Of a stretch of 64,000 nucleotides of DNA, positions 38,488-49,079 are shown piece after piece; position 1 is the first letter of the stretch; each line of letters starts with the position of its first letter. A model generated the notes under the pieces. The model saw nothing but the letters and a program-made list of their open reading frames with translations, was not told the origin of the DNA and ran no database searches. The DNA comes from Phycisphaerales bacterium (GTDB taxonomy: Bacteria; Planctomycetota; Phycisphaerae; Phycisphaerales; UBA1924): positions 2,112,001-2,176,000 of the forward strand of contig OZ245777.1 of NCBI GenBank assembly GCA_965227775.1, given 5' to 3'. Position numbers and translations under genes: made by a program.

Positions 38488-39243
38488 ATGACCACCACCA
38501 TCAAGCACTTCACCGAAGACCCCGAATTGGCAAAGAAGATCAAGGGGTTCTCCTTCCCGTCCGAGTGGGTCGCGGGGGACACCTCTCTAGAAGAGGCCCT
38601 CGAGACCACTCGGCGGTTTTGGATGGACGAGGACTCAGGCTCGATGCCCAAGGGATTCGTCGACGCCCTGAACCGCAGCTTGACCGAGCTGGTGCAATCC
38701 GGGCTCGATGAGCAGAGCATCCAGGTTGGCCAGGCGTTCCCCGATTTTGAGCTGCCCGACCACAACGGGAGCGCCGTCCGCAGCTCTGAGCTATTGAGCG
38801 AAGGCCCCCTCGTTGTCACCTTCTACCGCGGCGGATGGTGCCCGTACTGCAACCTGGCCCTCCGGGCGCTGCAGGACAAGCTGCCCGAGATGAAGGAGCT
38901 GGGAGCGAACCTTGTCGCTATCTCGCCGCAGCTGCCCGATGGTTCGCTCTCGACCGCCGAGCAGAACAGCCTCGAGTTCTCCGTCTTGTCGGATGTTGGA
39001 CTGAAGGTGGCCAGCGATGCTGGCGTGGTCTGGGAGATTCCCGAGTACGCCATGGAGTGGCACCAGAAGTTCTTCGGCATGGACCTCGAATCCACCAACG
39101 GTGCCGGCAACTCCAACAAACTCCCGGTGCCGGCGACCTTCGTGATCGGACGGGACGGTCGCGTCCTGTGGCGGTTCGTCGAGGCTAAGTACTGGGAACG
39201 TGCCAACCCCGAGGACATCGTGAACGCGCTGCGTTCGGTGTAA
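38488..39243 (+). CDS. Peroxiredoxin-like AhpC/TSA family protein
   Basis: PDFELPD, FYRGGWCPYCNLAL, LVAISPQLPD, LPVPATFVI. Confidence 0.92.
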   Translation: MTTTIKHFTEDPELAKKIKGFSFPSEWVAGDTSLEEALETTRRFWMDEDSGSMPKGFVDALNRSLTELVQSGLDEQSIQVGQAFPDFELPDHNGSAVRSSELLSEGPLVVTFYRGGWCPYCNLALRALQDKLPEMKELGANLVAISPQLPDGSLSTAEQNSLEFSVLSDVGLKVASDAGVVWEIPEYAMEWHQKFFGMDLESTNGAGNSNKLPVPATFVIGRDGRVLWRFVEAKYWERANPEDIVNALRSV

Positions 39244-39325
39244 ACAAGCAAACGAGTTACTGCCCAAGTCAGGGCACAGCCAATCCGAGCCCCAGGCTCA
39301 AACGCGAAAGCAAAGGAGAAACCAA

Positions 39326-39895
39326 ATGGCAGAATTCACGATTCACACCGAAGAGTCCGCACCCGAAGGCAGCAAGCCGGTCATCGAGCAGGTCAAGGGC
39401 GCGTTCGGCATGCTCCCGAACCTCATGGCTACGTTCGCCGAGTCGCCTGCGGCCATCGAGGGGTACTTGACCCTCATGGGCATTTTCAGCAGCAAGACCG
39501 ACTTCTCGCCAACCGAGCAGCAGGTCGTGCTCATGACCAACAACCGTCTCAATGGCTGCACCTACTGCATGGCCGCCCACACCGGGATTGCCAAGTCGAG
39601 CGGGGTTCCCGATGACGTCATTGAGTCGTTGCGTTCCGGCACGGCCATCGAAGATCCCAAGCTCGACGCCCTGCGAGTTTTCACCGAGCAGGTCTTCCAC
39701 ACCCGTGGCAACGTGAGCGACGCCGACGTCGACGCCTTCCTGGCCGCTGGCTACACGAAGGGTAACGTCCTCGAAGTCGTCGTAGGCACGGCGCTCAAGG
39801 TGATGTCCAACTACACGAACCACATCGCTGGCACGCCGGTCGACAAGCCTTTCTCGGCCTTCGCCTGGTCGCCCGATCAAGCCGTGACCGCGTGA
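39326..39895 (+). CDS. Carboxymuconolactone decarboxylase/AhpD-like protein, copy 1
   Basis: FGMLPNL, NGCTYCMAAH, KVMSNYTNH. Confidence 0.92.
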   Translation: MAEFTIHTEESAPEGSKPVIEQVKGAFGMLPNLMATFAESPAAIEGYLTLMGIFSSKTDFSPTEQQVVLMTNNRLNGCTYCMAAHTGIAKSSGVPDDVIESLRSGTAIEDPKLDALRVFTEQVFHTRGNVSDADVDAFLAAGYTKGNVLEVVVGTALKVMSNYTNHIAGTPVDKPFSAFAWSPDQAVTA

Positions 39896-39980
39896 GCGCG
39901 GCAAGCAACGTCTCACCGCCTGAAACCACGACGATGAGACGATTCGTCCAAGGTACTAACCAACGCAAAGGAGAGCTCTC

Positions 39981-40547
39981 GTGACCCCGTACACCGTCCA
40001 CACCGAGGAGTCCGCGCCGGAAGGCAGCAAGCCCGTCATCAACCAGGTCAAGTTGACCCTCGGTTTCCTTCCGAATCTGATGGCTACGCTCTCCGAGTCA
40101 CCGGCTTCGGTTGCCGCGTATGCCACCATGATGGGCATCTACGAGAAGAGCGAGTTCACGCCAACCGAGAAAGAAGTGGTGCTCATGACCAACAACCGTC
40201 TGAATGGGTGCTACTACTGCATGGCGGCCCACTCGACGGTCTCCAAGATGAAGGGCATCGCCGATTCCGATATTGAGACGCTCCGCAACGGAACATCGTT
40301 CGACGATCCGAAGCTCGAAGCACTTCGTGTCTTCACCGAGCAGGTGTTCCACACCCGTGGCAACGTGAGCGACGCTGATGTCGATGCCTTCCTGGCCGCA
40401 GGCTACACCAAGGGCAATGTGTTCGAGGTGGTGCTGGGCACCAGCCTCAAGGTCCTTTCAAACTACTCGCACAAGTTCACCAAGGCGCCGGTCGACAAGG
40501 CGTTCGAGGCAATGGCCTGGTCGCCAGATCAGGTCGTCGGTGTGTAG
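39981..40547 (+). CDS. Carboxymuconolactone decarboxylase/AhpD-like protein, copy 2
   Basis: LGFLPNL, NGCYYCMAAH; GGAG before GTG; paralog of the preceding gene. Confidence 0.92.
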   Translation: MTPYTVHTEESAPEGSKPVINQVKLTLGFLPNLMATLSESPASVAAYATMMGIYEKSEFTPTEKEVVLMTNNRLNGCYYCMAAHSTVSKMKGIADSDIETLRNGTSFDDPKLEALRVFTEQVFHTRGNVSDADVDAFLAAGYTKGNVFEVVLGTSLKVLSNYSHKFTKAPVDKAFEAMAWSPDQVVGV

Positions 40548-40591
40548 GTGGCAAGACGCGAAACGTCGCCATTCATGAGAGGAGAGCCGCC

Positions 40592-41479
40592 ATGGCACAG
40601 GCAATCGAAAGCTCCGCACGCACTCGCTACGCGAACGAGTCCGTAGACGGCGTCCGGGTCTTCTGCAGGGAATCTGGAACGCCCAAGAGTCGCGCTCTCG
40701 TGTTGCTCCACGGTTTCCCGGCGTCGTCGCACATGTATCGGGAGGTGCTGGCGGCGCTTGGCGATGAGTTCTATGTGATCGCCCCCGACTACCCGGGCTT
40801 CGGCAATAGCGAGTTCCCAGATCCGAGCGGGTTCGAGTACACCTTCGACAACCTCGCTGTCACGATCGGTGCGCTGCTCGAGAAGAAGGGCATTGCCGAG
40901 TGGGTACTCGGCATGCAGGACTACGGTGCTCCGGTCGGCTTCCGGCTCGCGACGGCTCATCCGGATCGGGTCAAGGGCCTGATCACGATGAACGGAAACG
41001 CCTATGAAGAGGGCCTCGATCCCGAGAGCTCCGGACCGGTCCGCAGCTACTGGGAGAGCCGCACGCCCGAGAAGGAAGACTTGATCGCTGGTCAGCTCAT
41101 GAGCCCCGAGGGCGTGCAGTGGCAGTACACGCATGGCACGCGAAATCCAGAGGGGATGAATCCCGACAACTGGACGCTCGACATCGCCCGGGTATCGCGC
41201 CCCGGCCAGCGGCAGGTGCAGCTCGACCTCTTTTACGACTACCGCACAAACCTCGAGCTCTACCCAGTTTGGCAGGCGTACCTGCAAGAACACCAGCCGC
41301 CGACGCTGATCGCTTGGGGTGCTCGAGATCCCATCTTCGTCGCTGCAGGGGCCGAAGCCTTCAAACAGCATCTCGATGACCCTGAGTTCCACCTCTTCGA
41401 GACGGGGCACTTTGTTCTCGAAGAAGACGCTCCACGGGTCATCCCACTGATCCGTAGATTCCTCGGCAGGCTCAACTAA
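40592..41479 (+). CDS. Alpha/beta hydrolase (epoxide hydrolase/dehalogenase-like)
   Basis: [17 protein letters not shown], nucleophile elbow [15 protein letters not shown]. Confidence 0.92.
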   Translation: MAQAIESSARTRYANESVDGVRVFCRESGTPKSRALVLLHGFPASSHMYREVLAALGDEFYVIAPDYPGFGNSEFPDPSGFEYTFDNLAVTIGALLEKKGIAEWVLGMQDYGAPVGFRLATAHPDRVKGLITMNGNAYEEGLDPESSGPVRSYWESRTPEKEDLIAGQLMSPEGVQWQYTHGTRNPEGMNPDNWTLDIARVSRPGQRQVQLDLFYDYRTNLELYPVWQAYLQEHQPPTLIAWGARDPIFVAAGAEAFKQHLDDPEFHLFETGHFVLEEDAPRVIPLIRRFLGRLN

Positions 41480-41520
41480 TCCGATCCGAAACCACCACAT
41501 ACCAAAGGAGGAGCACACCA

Positions 41521-42258
41521 ATGGGGTTCGATGTTCAAGGGAAGACCGCGCTCGTGACCGGTTCAAACCGCGGGATCGGCAGGGCGATCGTCGAGTCACT
41601 GCTCAATAGCGGCGCCGCGAAGGTCTACGCCGCGGTCCGCGATCCGAACAAGGCCAAGGAGCTCGTCGATGCTCACCCGGGGAAGGTCGAGCCGATCGAG
41701 ATCGATCTCGCTCGCCCAGAGACCATCACGGCCGCCGCGGCCAAGGCCTCCGACGTAGAGCTGGTCGTGAACAACGCCGGTGTTCTGAAGATGGCCAGCC
41801 CCCTTGCTGCCGATGCGATCGAGTCGCTGCAGTTCGAACTCGAGATGAATCTATTCGGCCTGGTCCGCATGGCCCAGGCCTTCGCGCCCGTGCTCAAGAG
41901 CAATGGTGGGGGCGCGTTCGTGCAGCTCAATTCTGTTGCATCGGTCAAGAACTTCGCGGACCTTGCGACCTACTCCACTTCCAAGGCTGCGACGTACTCG
42001 ATGACCCAGGGCTTGCGTGACAAGCTTGGCGAGCAGGGCACGGCGGTACTCAGTGTGCATCCTGGCCCGATGGCAACGGACATGGTCGCCGGTACCGGCA
42101 TGGATGGTGAGCCCCCCTCGATCGTCGGTGACGGCATCGTCAATGCTCTGGCGAATGGAGACTTCCACTTCTTTGCTGGCACCCTCGCGGGGCAGCTGTG
42201 GGGGGCATACGAGGGCTTCGCCAAGGGTGTGGTTGAAGCGGATCTCTCGGAAGGATGA
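41521..42258 (+). CDS. SDR family oxidoreductase
   Basis: [18 protein letters not shown]. Confidence 0.93.
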   Translation: MGFDVQGKTALVTGSNRGIGRAIVESLLNSGAAKVYAAVRDPNKAKELVDAHPGKVEPIEIDLARPETITAAAAKASDVELVVNNAGVLKMASPLAADAIESLQFELEMNLFGLVRMAQAFAPVLKSNGGGAFVQLNSVASVKNFADLATYSTSKAATYSMTQGLRDKLGEQGTAVLSVHPGPMATDMVAGTGMDGEPPSIVGDGIVNALANGDFHFFAGTLAGQLWGAYEGFAKGVVEADLSEG

Positions 42259-42614
42259 CCCGGCGTGGCGCACGTGCTGGTGGCCGCGAGTGTCGATCTG
42301 CGGCCACCTTTGACATGATGCGTCAACGATGGGCGGGCTGGCCTGACGGCCGGCTCTCCTTTTCTAGAATGAGTGAGCTGGAACAATTGCCATCCCGCCG
42401 CGCGCAGGATGAGCATCGCTCATCGAGGTGAGGCGTGAGCGCTGCCCGTGTATATCTCACCGCGCTTTGAGCAGCGTCAATTGCTCTCGGGCCCAATGGT
42501 GAGAATGCAGGTCTGTGCCCTCGAGGCCACGGCGATCGAGGCGCTGGAGCGTTTCGCGGTTGGTTATAGCAGCGAACACCACTAGGCTATCGAGCGCCTA
42601 AAGGCCTTCCGGGT

Positions 42615-43898
42615 TCAGTCCGTATCGTCCGTAATCCTGACGTCAACTGTGACGGGCATGTGGTCGCTCGCTCGCAACCGAAACGTAAGGGCAGAGTTGC
42701 TGATGCTGGGCAGGGCCAGCAAGTCGTGCCGGACGTGTCCATGGGTCATCGTGACCTCGTCGCCCTGCAGCGCGCCCGTGCCCTTGGAGACGATGAGGTA
42801 ATCGATAGTGCTCACGAGACTGCCCGGAGGATCCGCGCGGAGGCGCGTGCCTGGATACGTCGTATCGTCCGCAAGGACATCCCATGAACCGGATTCCATG
42901 GTGTCCCAGAAGTCTTCGTCCCAGGTGTCAAACCTACTTGCGTTGAGGTCGCCACCGATGACGATGTCCAGTTCGTCGGATGGGATGCAGTTGTCTTGGC
43001 CCCGTTCGAGCTCAATCCACTCAAGCACGCGTTGCATTGCCATGTCGTGGTTCTTGGCATTCCTCTGACCGCTGGCGAGATGGAGGTTCACGGCGATGAA
43101 GTCGTTCATCTCCAGGCCATCTTTGAAGCACGAGAACATGCCGACAATCGGCTGCCGGTCGAAGAGCTCCTTGCCGTTCACCCTGTCCGATGGTAGGGCT
43201 GCTTCACACCACCACTCCAGGCCAACTGTGCGGGTGTCCCACAAGAACGCCAGCCTCTGATCTCGTCCCGTGGTCCCGATCCTGTAGTCCCATGACGTCG
43301 CGCCAGACTGATTGTTGAGGATCGAGATGAGCCGCTCGAGTTCGGGCGAGTGTGCAACCCACTCGCCTTCAACTTCAATATCGTCTCCGTGAATCTCCTG
43401 CAAGAGCAACAGCTCGACCTCCATCGTGATGATTGCCTTGGCAATGAAGCCGAAGTCGTCACTCGTGCGCGCTGGAAGCGCTTCGTCGCCGATGAGTTCA
43501 GGAAACCCGCGGGACTTCCCGTCCTTGAACCACTCGATGTTCCATGTAGCTATGCGGCATACTTGCTCTGAACTACCTGTGTCGATAAGGCCTGTTGTGG
43601 TCAGGCACGGTACGACGTCACCGATGTAGCGAGTGGAAATCCAGCCTTCGAGGGCATCGAAGCGAACGCGAAGCCAGCCGGAGTCGTGCGTTTGCACCAC
43701 CGTCACGATGGAATCGACGGGCACTCGCTCGCCTTCCCAGCTGTTCACCCCCGCCTGAGTGTGGAGCGGGATGCCTAAGCCCGGACGTCGTGGAGTCAGC
43801 GTGATGCACTCGCCGATCTCTTGTGCAGCCGCTATCGAAGGCAATAGCAAAGTGGCGAGGGCGAGGACGGCAAGAGTGCGTTGCATCAGGGCCAGCAT
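42615..43898 (-). CDS. Secreted SH3-domain plus EEP nuclease/phosphatase family protein
   Basis: Signal peptide; GWLRVRF...EGWISTRYI (SH3b-like); ATWNIEWF, LQEI, HLAS, GGDLN, IDY, ASDHMPV. Confidence 0.85.
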   Translation of the reverse strand: MLALMQRTLAVLALATLLLPSIAAAQEIGECITLTPRRPGLGIPLHTQAGVNSWEGERVPVDSIVTVVQTHDSGWLRVRFDALEGWISTRYIGDVVPCLTTTGLIDTGSSEQVCRIATWNIEWFKDGKSRGFPELIGDEALPARTSDDFGFIAKAIITMEVELLLLQEIHGDDIEVEGEWVAHSPELERLISILNNQSGATSWDYRIGTTGRDQRLAFLWDTRTVGLEWWCEAALPSDRVNGKELFDRQPIVGMFSCFKDGLEMNDFIAVNLHLASGQRNAKNHDMAMQRVLEWIELERGQDNCIPSDELDIVIGGDLNASRFDTWDEDFWDTMESGSWDVLADDTTYPGTRLRADPPGSLVSTIDYLIVSKGTGALQGDEVTMTHGHVRHDLLALPSISNSALTFRLRASDHMPVTVDVRITDDTD

Positions 43899-44328
43899 TG
43901 TGAAGCTCCGGTCGGTTCGTGATGGCAATAGTGGACTCGAATCCCGAGGTGTATAGGACCAACAGGGGCAGAGTGCTACACCAATGGAGCTTCTGAGATG
44001 TGAAGAATCTGTTGGGCGCGCTCCGAGAGTGATCAGTGTCTTCAAGCACATCTCAGTGGTGTGTACGGCAATTTGCCTAGCCGAGTATGTGGCGTTACGA
44101 GCACTAGAGAGTAGGGCGATGTAGAGTGTGGCCGCAAGCCATCGGGTGCACAAGCACAAGCGGCCACATACCTCCCCTAAATAGAGGGATGGAAATGCCG
44201 TTCCAATTTGTGGGAAGAACGAAGCGGACTTACGTACGGTGTTGCGTTGCAGTCCTTAGCTGATGGTGTGAGACTGTTGTGTGGTGAGGGGGACGCCATC
44301 GTCAAGTGTTTCTTTGGGGGTTGTCGTC

Positions 44329-45120
44329 ATGAAGATGAGCAAGTGTGCTTGGTTGTTGGTCCTGTGCCTGCTGGGTCTATCGGGCTGTAGTGCCGGTCCC
44401 ATTGCGGGTGTTGATGAACTGAGAGCGTTTCGCGGAAACGTCGATCAGCCGTGGCGGGTGTCGATGTGGCAGGAGCTCTTTGGCAGTAGCAATAAGATCC
44501 AGACGATCTCCGAATCGCTGCGAAGGAGCGATGTCGAGCCCATCCAGGTTGTCGTGCGGCCGGCGGTTGTCGAGGACATTGTTGCGACTAACACATCAAC
44601 CTACGACGCGGCGCTGATCGCAGACGAGCTCACAAAGCAAGTCAAGGCATCGGCGTCGCGGTGGGGGCGATTCGTGACGGTCGAGCAAGAATCAGATGCC
44701 ATGCTGGCAATAGACGTGCGGATGTCGATGTTGGCGCTGGAAGGCGACACGTTTAGCAGCGAGGAAGAGATACAAGACACCTATAAGGGTACCTTCTGGG
44801 AAGAGCTCTCACTCGCTCGCGCGACAGAGATGGCTCGAGACATCATGAAGACCCAGATCACGCTGAGCTACACAGATCTATCAGCGCAACCTGCTCGCGG
44901 GGTCCACTCGTCTCAAATCACCGCTTTCTACGCGAAACGCCATGGTCAACTCCTCGTTGCCGGTGCGGTTGACGACAAGACGGGGAGGAAGCGAGAAGAG
45001 TTCGACGGGGGTATCGTGCAACCCGAGCACCTTCCACTGTTGCTCGGCCAAGCCGTTGACGCGGCCTTCGTCGATTCGTTTAAGACGCTCGACAAGCGAC
45101 TGTGGCCCGATGGTGGTTGA
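44329..45120 (+). CDS. Putative lipoprotein
   Basis: WLLVLCLLGLSGC lipobox; about 263-aa ORF. Confidence 0.7.
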   Translation: MKMSKCAWLLVLCLLGLSGCSAGPIAGVDELRAFRGNVDQPWRVSMWQELFGSSNKIQTISESLRRSDVEPIQVVVRPAVVEDIVATNTSTYDAALIADELTKQVKASASRWGRFVTVEQESDAMLAIDVRMSMLALEGDTFSSEEEIQDTYKGTFWEELSLARATEMARDIMKTQITLSYTDLSAQPARGVHSSQITAFYAKRHGQLLVAGAVDDKTGRKREEFDGGIVQPEHLPLLLGQAVDAAFVDSFKTLDKRLWPDGG

Positions 45121-45340
45121 TGCTGGTCTTCGGGACTTGAGGCGCGCCATTGCCGAACCTCCTACTGATTCAAGAACAAGGCGAAGCAATGCCTCTGTTG
45201 GAAGACCTCTCGCTGTGTCCCAGCCGATCCATGATCTCTCCACCCCCGATTGGGATTAGGACGCCAACGGAGAGGTGGCGCTTGGCCATGTCTGATCCTC
45301 CTGAATGCAGGCTGATCCGAAGATACGGGCCGGTATGGGT

Positions 45341-45943
45341 TCAGGGGCGGAGGTCGTACGGGCCCAGCAGCAACATCTGTTGCCGAGCCCAATTCCTCCA
45401 TTGAGGCGATTCGCCTTCCAACGCGAGCGTACTCAGACGCCCCACGGTCTCATCCGTGTTGCGACCGGCTCGGATCTCGAGCCGCGTAAGGGCCTGCACG
45501 GTCGGCCTGTGGCCGGGATGCACCTCGAGCGCCCGCCGATACTGAGCGATCGCTTCGTCGATCCGTCCGGCTTTCTCGAGCGTCAGCGCGAGATTCATAC
45601 GCGGGTCCGGGTGGCCGGGCATCAGGCGGCGGGCCCACTGGAACTCGTTCGCCGCCTCGTAGAGCTCCCCGCGTCCAAGCAGGAGGACCCCGAGGTTGTT
45701 GTGCGAGGGGCCGTGGTAAAGATCGGCGGCGAGGGCATCTCGAAACAACGCCTCGGCTCGGGTTGGATCCTCAAGCATGAGCTCGACGGCCTCGCTTGCA
45801 AGGCGCTGCGCCCGCTCGGTGTCTCGTCGGATGGGCGGTTGCTCGACGTACGGGCTCGGAGATGACGAATTGCAGCCCCCCAGCAAGCCCACCAAGAGGA
45901 TGGGTACCACCAACACTGCTCGCCACGATCGAAAGACCTTCAT
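45341..45943 (-). CDS. TPR lipoprotein (pilotin-like), last gene of the T2SS operon
   Basis: LLGGC lipobox; TPR motifs HNNLGVLL and RMNLALTLEKAGRIDEAIAQYRRAL. Confidence 0.85.
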   Translation of the reverse strand: MKVFRSWRAVLVVPILLVGLLGGCNSSSPSPYVEQPPIRRDTERAQRLASEAVELMLEDPTRAEALFRDALAADLYHGPSHNNLGVLLLGRGELYEAANEFQWARRLMPGHPDPRMNLALTLEKAGRIDEAIAQYRRALEVHPGHRPTVQALTRLEIRAGRNTDETVGRLSTLALEGESPQWRNWARQQMLLLGPYDLRP

Positions 45944-46464
45944 CGCTGTTCCTCCTCCCCTGGTTGATACGTCCTCACCATCAACACGGCCACGTCATAC
46001 GAATTGCCTTTTCCCTGCCGGGGCCGCGTCAGCTCGAGACTCGTGACGATCCAGTGCGGTCGATCTTCGTAGAGTCTGATCAGGAACACGCCAAGCGATG
46101 CTGGCGACACATCGACTAATCGCAGCCGCAGCGTCTGGCGCCGCAGCCTCGAGTCAGGTATTGAGGTGTCGCTCTGCTCTTCAAGGGATGACATGGATCG
46201 TTCGGAGAGGCCGGCAGCAGTGAACGTCTCGGCGATCTCGGATAGGGCATCGGCGCGCTGGCCCGTGGTCGACACTTGGTCTCGGGCCAGCTTGGCACGG
46301 AGCGAAGCAAGCTCGACGACCTGTGCAGATGCTCGCTCGAGCGACCGAGTCGCGCTGTCGCGTGTGGACACGGCGCCGCGCCACTGGATGGTCGTGAAGA
46401 CAGCCGCAACTACCGCTCCAACGAGGATCGCAACGAGACCAAAGTTGCCGAACCGGGCGATCAC
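45940..46464 (-). CDS. GspM/PilO-like bitopic membrane protein
   Basis: N-terminal TM, coiled coil, ferredoxin-like C-terminus; follows the GspL-like gene. Confidence 0.65.
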   Translation of the reverse strand: MIARFGNFGLVAILVGAVVAAVFTTIQWRGAVSTRDSATRSLERASAQVVELASLRAKLARDQVSTTGQRADALSEIAETFTAAGLSERSMSSLEEQSDTSIPDSRLRRQTLRLRLVDVSPASLGVFLIRLYEDRPHWIVTSLELTRPRQGKGNSYDVAVLMVRTYQPGEEEQR

Positions 46465-47339
46465 TTTGAAAGTCCCCCGCCGTGTTCGAGTCCGAGTTCC
46501 AGTCGTGTGATCTGGCCGTCTTGCCGGTTCTGTATATCGATACGCGGGAGTGCGGCGCTAAAGCCGTCCAGATGTGTCAGCGAGGTTGCGAATTCCAGTG
46601 CTCGGCGTCGGCTGGCCAAGACCGCGCCGACGGTCACGGCCCGCCCATTGACGTCGAGGCGTTCGACCTGGACCTCGTACTCGCTCGGCCATTGCGATAG
46701 CAGTGAGGACAATGCCTGGCGGCTATCGATTGCGACGTTGAGGTCCGTGTAGCTGTTCATCGCTTCGAGCCGGCGAATCTCGGCCGCGAGTGCGAGGTCC
46801 GGCGCGAGCCCCCTTGGAATCGATGGGATGGCATCCGCGATGAGGCGTTCTGTCTGGGCGTCGATCGCAGCAGCGTCTTCGCGGGCTGTTCCAGCGCGCC
46901 AGTGCGCCCCAATCGAGTACATGAGCAGGCTCATGGCAAGTACCAGGACCACGATCACTTGACGGAGGGCACGCTGGCGTCGCACGTTCGCCGGCGCGAA
47001 CGGTCCTTGGAGGAACTCGAAACGGTCCGGCTGCAGATCGCTGGTTTCGGAAGTGATGGAGTCAGGCAAGGAAGCGGGCCTGGCGCTTGTCCTTCGATCG
47101 TTCAGCCAGTCGTTGGCGAGTTCGCGATCGACCGCGAGCACGAAGAGTCGACGCCGAGTCGATCTCCAGGCGATCGCAAGGTCGCCCAGCGACCGCGGCA
47201 TCAGGCCTTCTGCGGCGAAGCCCACGGTCTTGCGACCGAGTCGCCCGGGTGGCCGAGCGACGACCGCGCTATAGACGCATGCCTCCGGCACCCTGGTCGT
47301 TCGTGCCGATGCGGTCTCGTGTGACCGAGCCATCTTCAT
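46461..47339 (-). CDS. GspL/PilN-like protein
   Basis: Short cytoplasmic region, central TM, coiled coil, periplasmic alpha/beta tail; position in the operon. Confidence 0.65.
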   Translation of the reverse strand: MKMARSHETASARTTRVPEACVYSAVVARPPGRLGRKTVGFAAEGLMPRSLGDLAIAWRSTRRRLFVLAVDRELANDWLNDRRTSARPASLPDSITSETSDLQPDRFEFLQGPFAPANVRRQRALRQVIVVLVLAMSLLMYSIGAHWRAGTAREDAAAIDAQTERLIADAIPSIPRGLAPDLALAAEIRRLEAMNSYTDLNVAIDSRQALSSLLSQWPSEYEVQVERLDVNGRAVTVGAVLASRRRALEFATSLTHLDGFSAALPRIDIQNRQDGQITRLELGLEHGGGLSK

Positions 47340-47821
47340 CGGCCTTCCTCGAAGAGCGCAAGTTGTTGTTCTCGTCCGTGGAGCTCGAGCACGACGGCTT
47401 GATCGGTGATCCTCTGGACCAAGACGTCGCCGATCCGAGACTCGGGATCGACGAAGACGATCTGCTGTTCGCTGGAGTCGTACAACGCCGCCGATAGCCT
47501 GTCGCCTTGCCGGATGATCGCAACGAGGGTCAGCGCGATGACGGCGCGCTCCGGTGGCTGTTTCTCTTCCGGAGTGTCTTCGACTCTTGCGGGCGCTTCG
47601 GGCTGGGCGAGGGATCGCTCGAACCAGAGGTCTCGGTCGAACGCGCTTGCTTCCAGTGCGATCCGCGTGGCGGGGCCCGCATCATCCACAGCTGACGCGT
47701 ACATTGATGGCTCGACCGACGGGCTTGGCCGGCTGGCCCACCACATGGTCGCGGCGCATGTGGCCAGCCCGACCGCGCCGACGGACACCGTCAGCACCCG
47801 TTCGTGCGTTAGCCGATTCAT
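47336..47821 (-). CDS. GspC/PilP-like protein
   Basis: N-terminal TM, linker, HR-like domain LTLVAII...RIGDVLVQRITDQAVVLELHGREQQL. Confidence 0.7.
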   Translation of the reverse strand: MNRLTHERVLTVSVGAVGLATCAATMWWASRPSPSVEPSMYASAVDDAGPATRIALEASAFDRDLWFERSLAQPEAPARVEDTPEEKQPPERAVIALTLVAIIRQGDRLSAALYDSSEQQIVFVDPESRIGDVLVQRITDQAVVLELHGREQQLALFEEGR

Positions 47822-48684
47822 GGCGCGTGCTCCGGATGGGGTTCCCACTGGATCGGCGTGCGTCGCTGGAGCAGCCAGTCGCCGCTCACACGCGTCCAGA
47901 CCATCCACCACGAGCGACGAACCGAACCAACACGAATGTCGATGCGGATACCCCAACTGCCGCTGGACCCTACCAGTACCACCCGTGGCGATCCGCTCAG
48001 CTCGCGATCCGGTAGCGGTGGTGGACCGCCCGGCTCGCCGCGCGCACGGCGTTCCATGATCTCGTCGAAGCCACCACGCCCCGCCAGGCGCATCGCGTTC
48101 TCAAGGAGCGTCGCGGGAGTCGTGTTGACATTGAGCCGCACGACCGGTTGTGTAGATAGCCGTGCTGACGTACTCACGCATGCGCCGATCGCGGGGGCAT
48201 CGGAGCCTAACGAGGGAAAGACGAGGCGGCCGCCATCTTTCGAGTGGATGTTGTCGAGTCCTGCAGGATCAGCGGTCAACTCATCCAGGCGTCGCCGGAC
48301 GTCTTCGGGCAGCGAGAGCCGCAGGGGTGTTCCAGCGCGAACCGCATCCGCTGGCAGCATGCCCTGGAGATCCCACGCGGTGGCGACCAACTCGATGGAG
48401 CGGCCGTTGAGTTCGAAGTGATCCGAGAGCACGGGTACGACCGGCTCCATGGATTGCGTAGACAGGACGACGCCATTGGCGTCCCGTCGGAGCCAGTCTC
48501 GAATCGGCGCCGAGCACGCTACGAGCAGATCGTCGGCGATCGCGGCGTCGTCGAATGACCGGATGCGCTGCACGGAGGCGGTTGAACGCGACACCGCGAG
48601 GACGATGATTGGCACGGCTCCGGCGACCAACGCCAGAACCAGCAAGAGCACCACCGCTCGCCGATCATGAATGCCAGGCCTCAT
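47818..48684 (-). CDS. gspK: GspK-like minor pseudopilin
   Basis: RRA|VVLLLVL leader without Glu5; RLNVNTTPATLL motif. Confidence 0.75.
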   Translation of the reverse strand: MRPGIHDRRAVVLLLVLALVAGAVPIIVLAVSRSTASVQRIRSFDDAAIADDLLVACSAPIRDWLRRDANGVVLSTQSMEPVVPVLSDHFELNGRSIELVATAWDLQGMLPADAVRAGTPLRLSLPEDVRRRLDELTADPAGLDNIHSKDGGRLVFPSLGSDAPAIGACVSTSARLSTQPVVRLNVNTTPATLLENAMRLAGRGGFDEIMERRARGEPGGPPPLPDRELSGSPRVVLVGSSGSWGIRIDIRVGSVRRSWWMVWTRVSGDWLLQRRTPIQWEPHPEHAP

Positions 48685-49079
48685 GGGACACGAAACTCCC
48701 GCTCGATCATCGCACCACGATCACCCACGCGAACAAGCAGACGGCGATCGGTATCACGCAACTCGGCTTCGAATGTGTCAACGAGCAGTGAACCCGCGTC
48801 GTAACGGATCGTGACAGTGCGTCCCTCGGTTCGGGTGATCAATTTGAGCCACCCCGGTCCGACCTCGACGCGGCGGCGCGGCATCGACTCGTGCTCGATG
48901 AGCATGTCACAGGCGATCTGGTCGAGAATTGAGGCGGACTTCGATCGTGCTTCGAGTTCGGCGGCGACCGAGGGTGCATCGGACAGCAGTGGCACCAGAA
49001 CCGCAGTCGCCCCGGTCGCGGCGAGGGCCGTAAGCGCGAGTGCGAGGAGCACTTCCAGCAGCGTGAACGCGCGCCTCAT
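48681..49079 (-). CDS. Minor pseudopilin (GspJ position)
   Basis: MRRA|FTLLEVLLAL type IV prepilin leader. Confidence 0.8.
   Translation of the reverse strand: MRRAFTLLEVLLALALTALAATGATAVLVPLLSDAPSVAAELEARSKSASILDQIACDMLIEHESMPRRRVEVGPGWLKLITRTEGRTVTIRYDAGSLLVDTFEAELRDTDRRLLVRVGDRGAMIEREFRVP

Noticed and set aside
39326..40547. Diversity-generating retroelement template/variable repeat pair or assembly duplication
   Set aside because: Differences are mostly synonymous and not adenine-specific, both copies are full genes, and no reverse transcriptase is present
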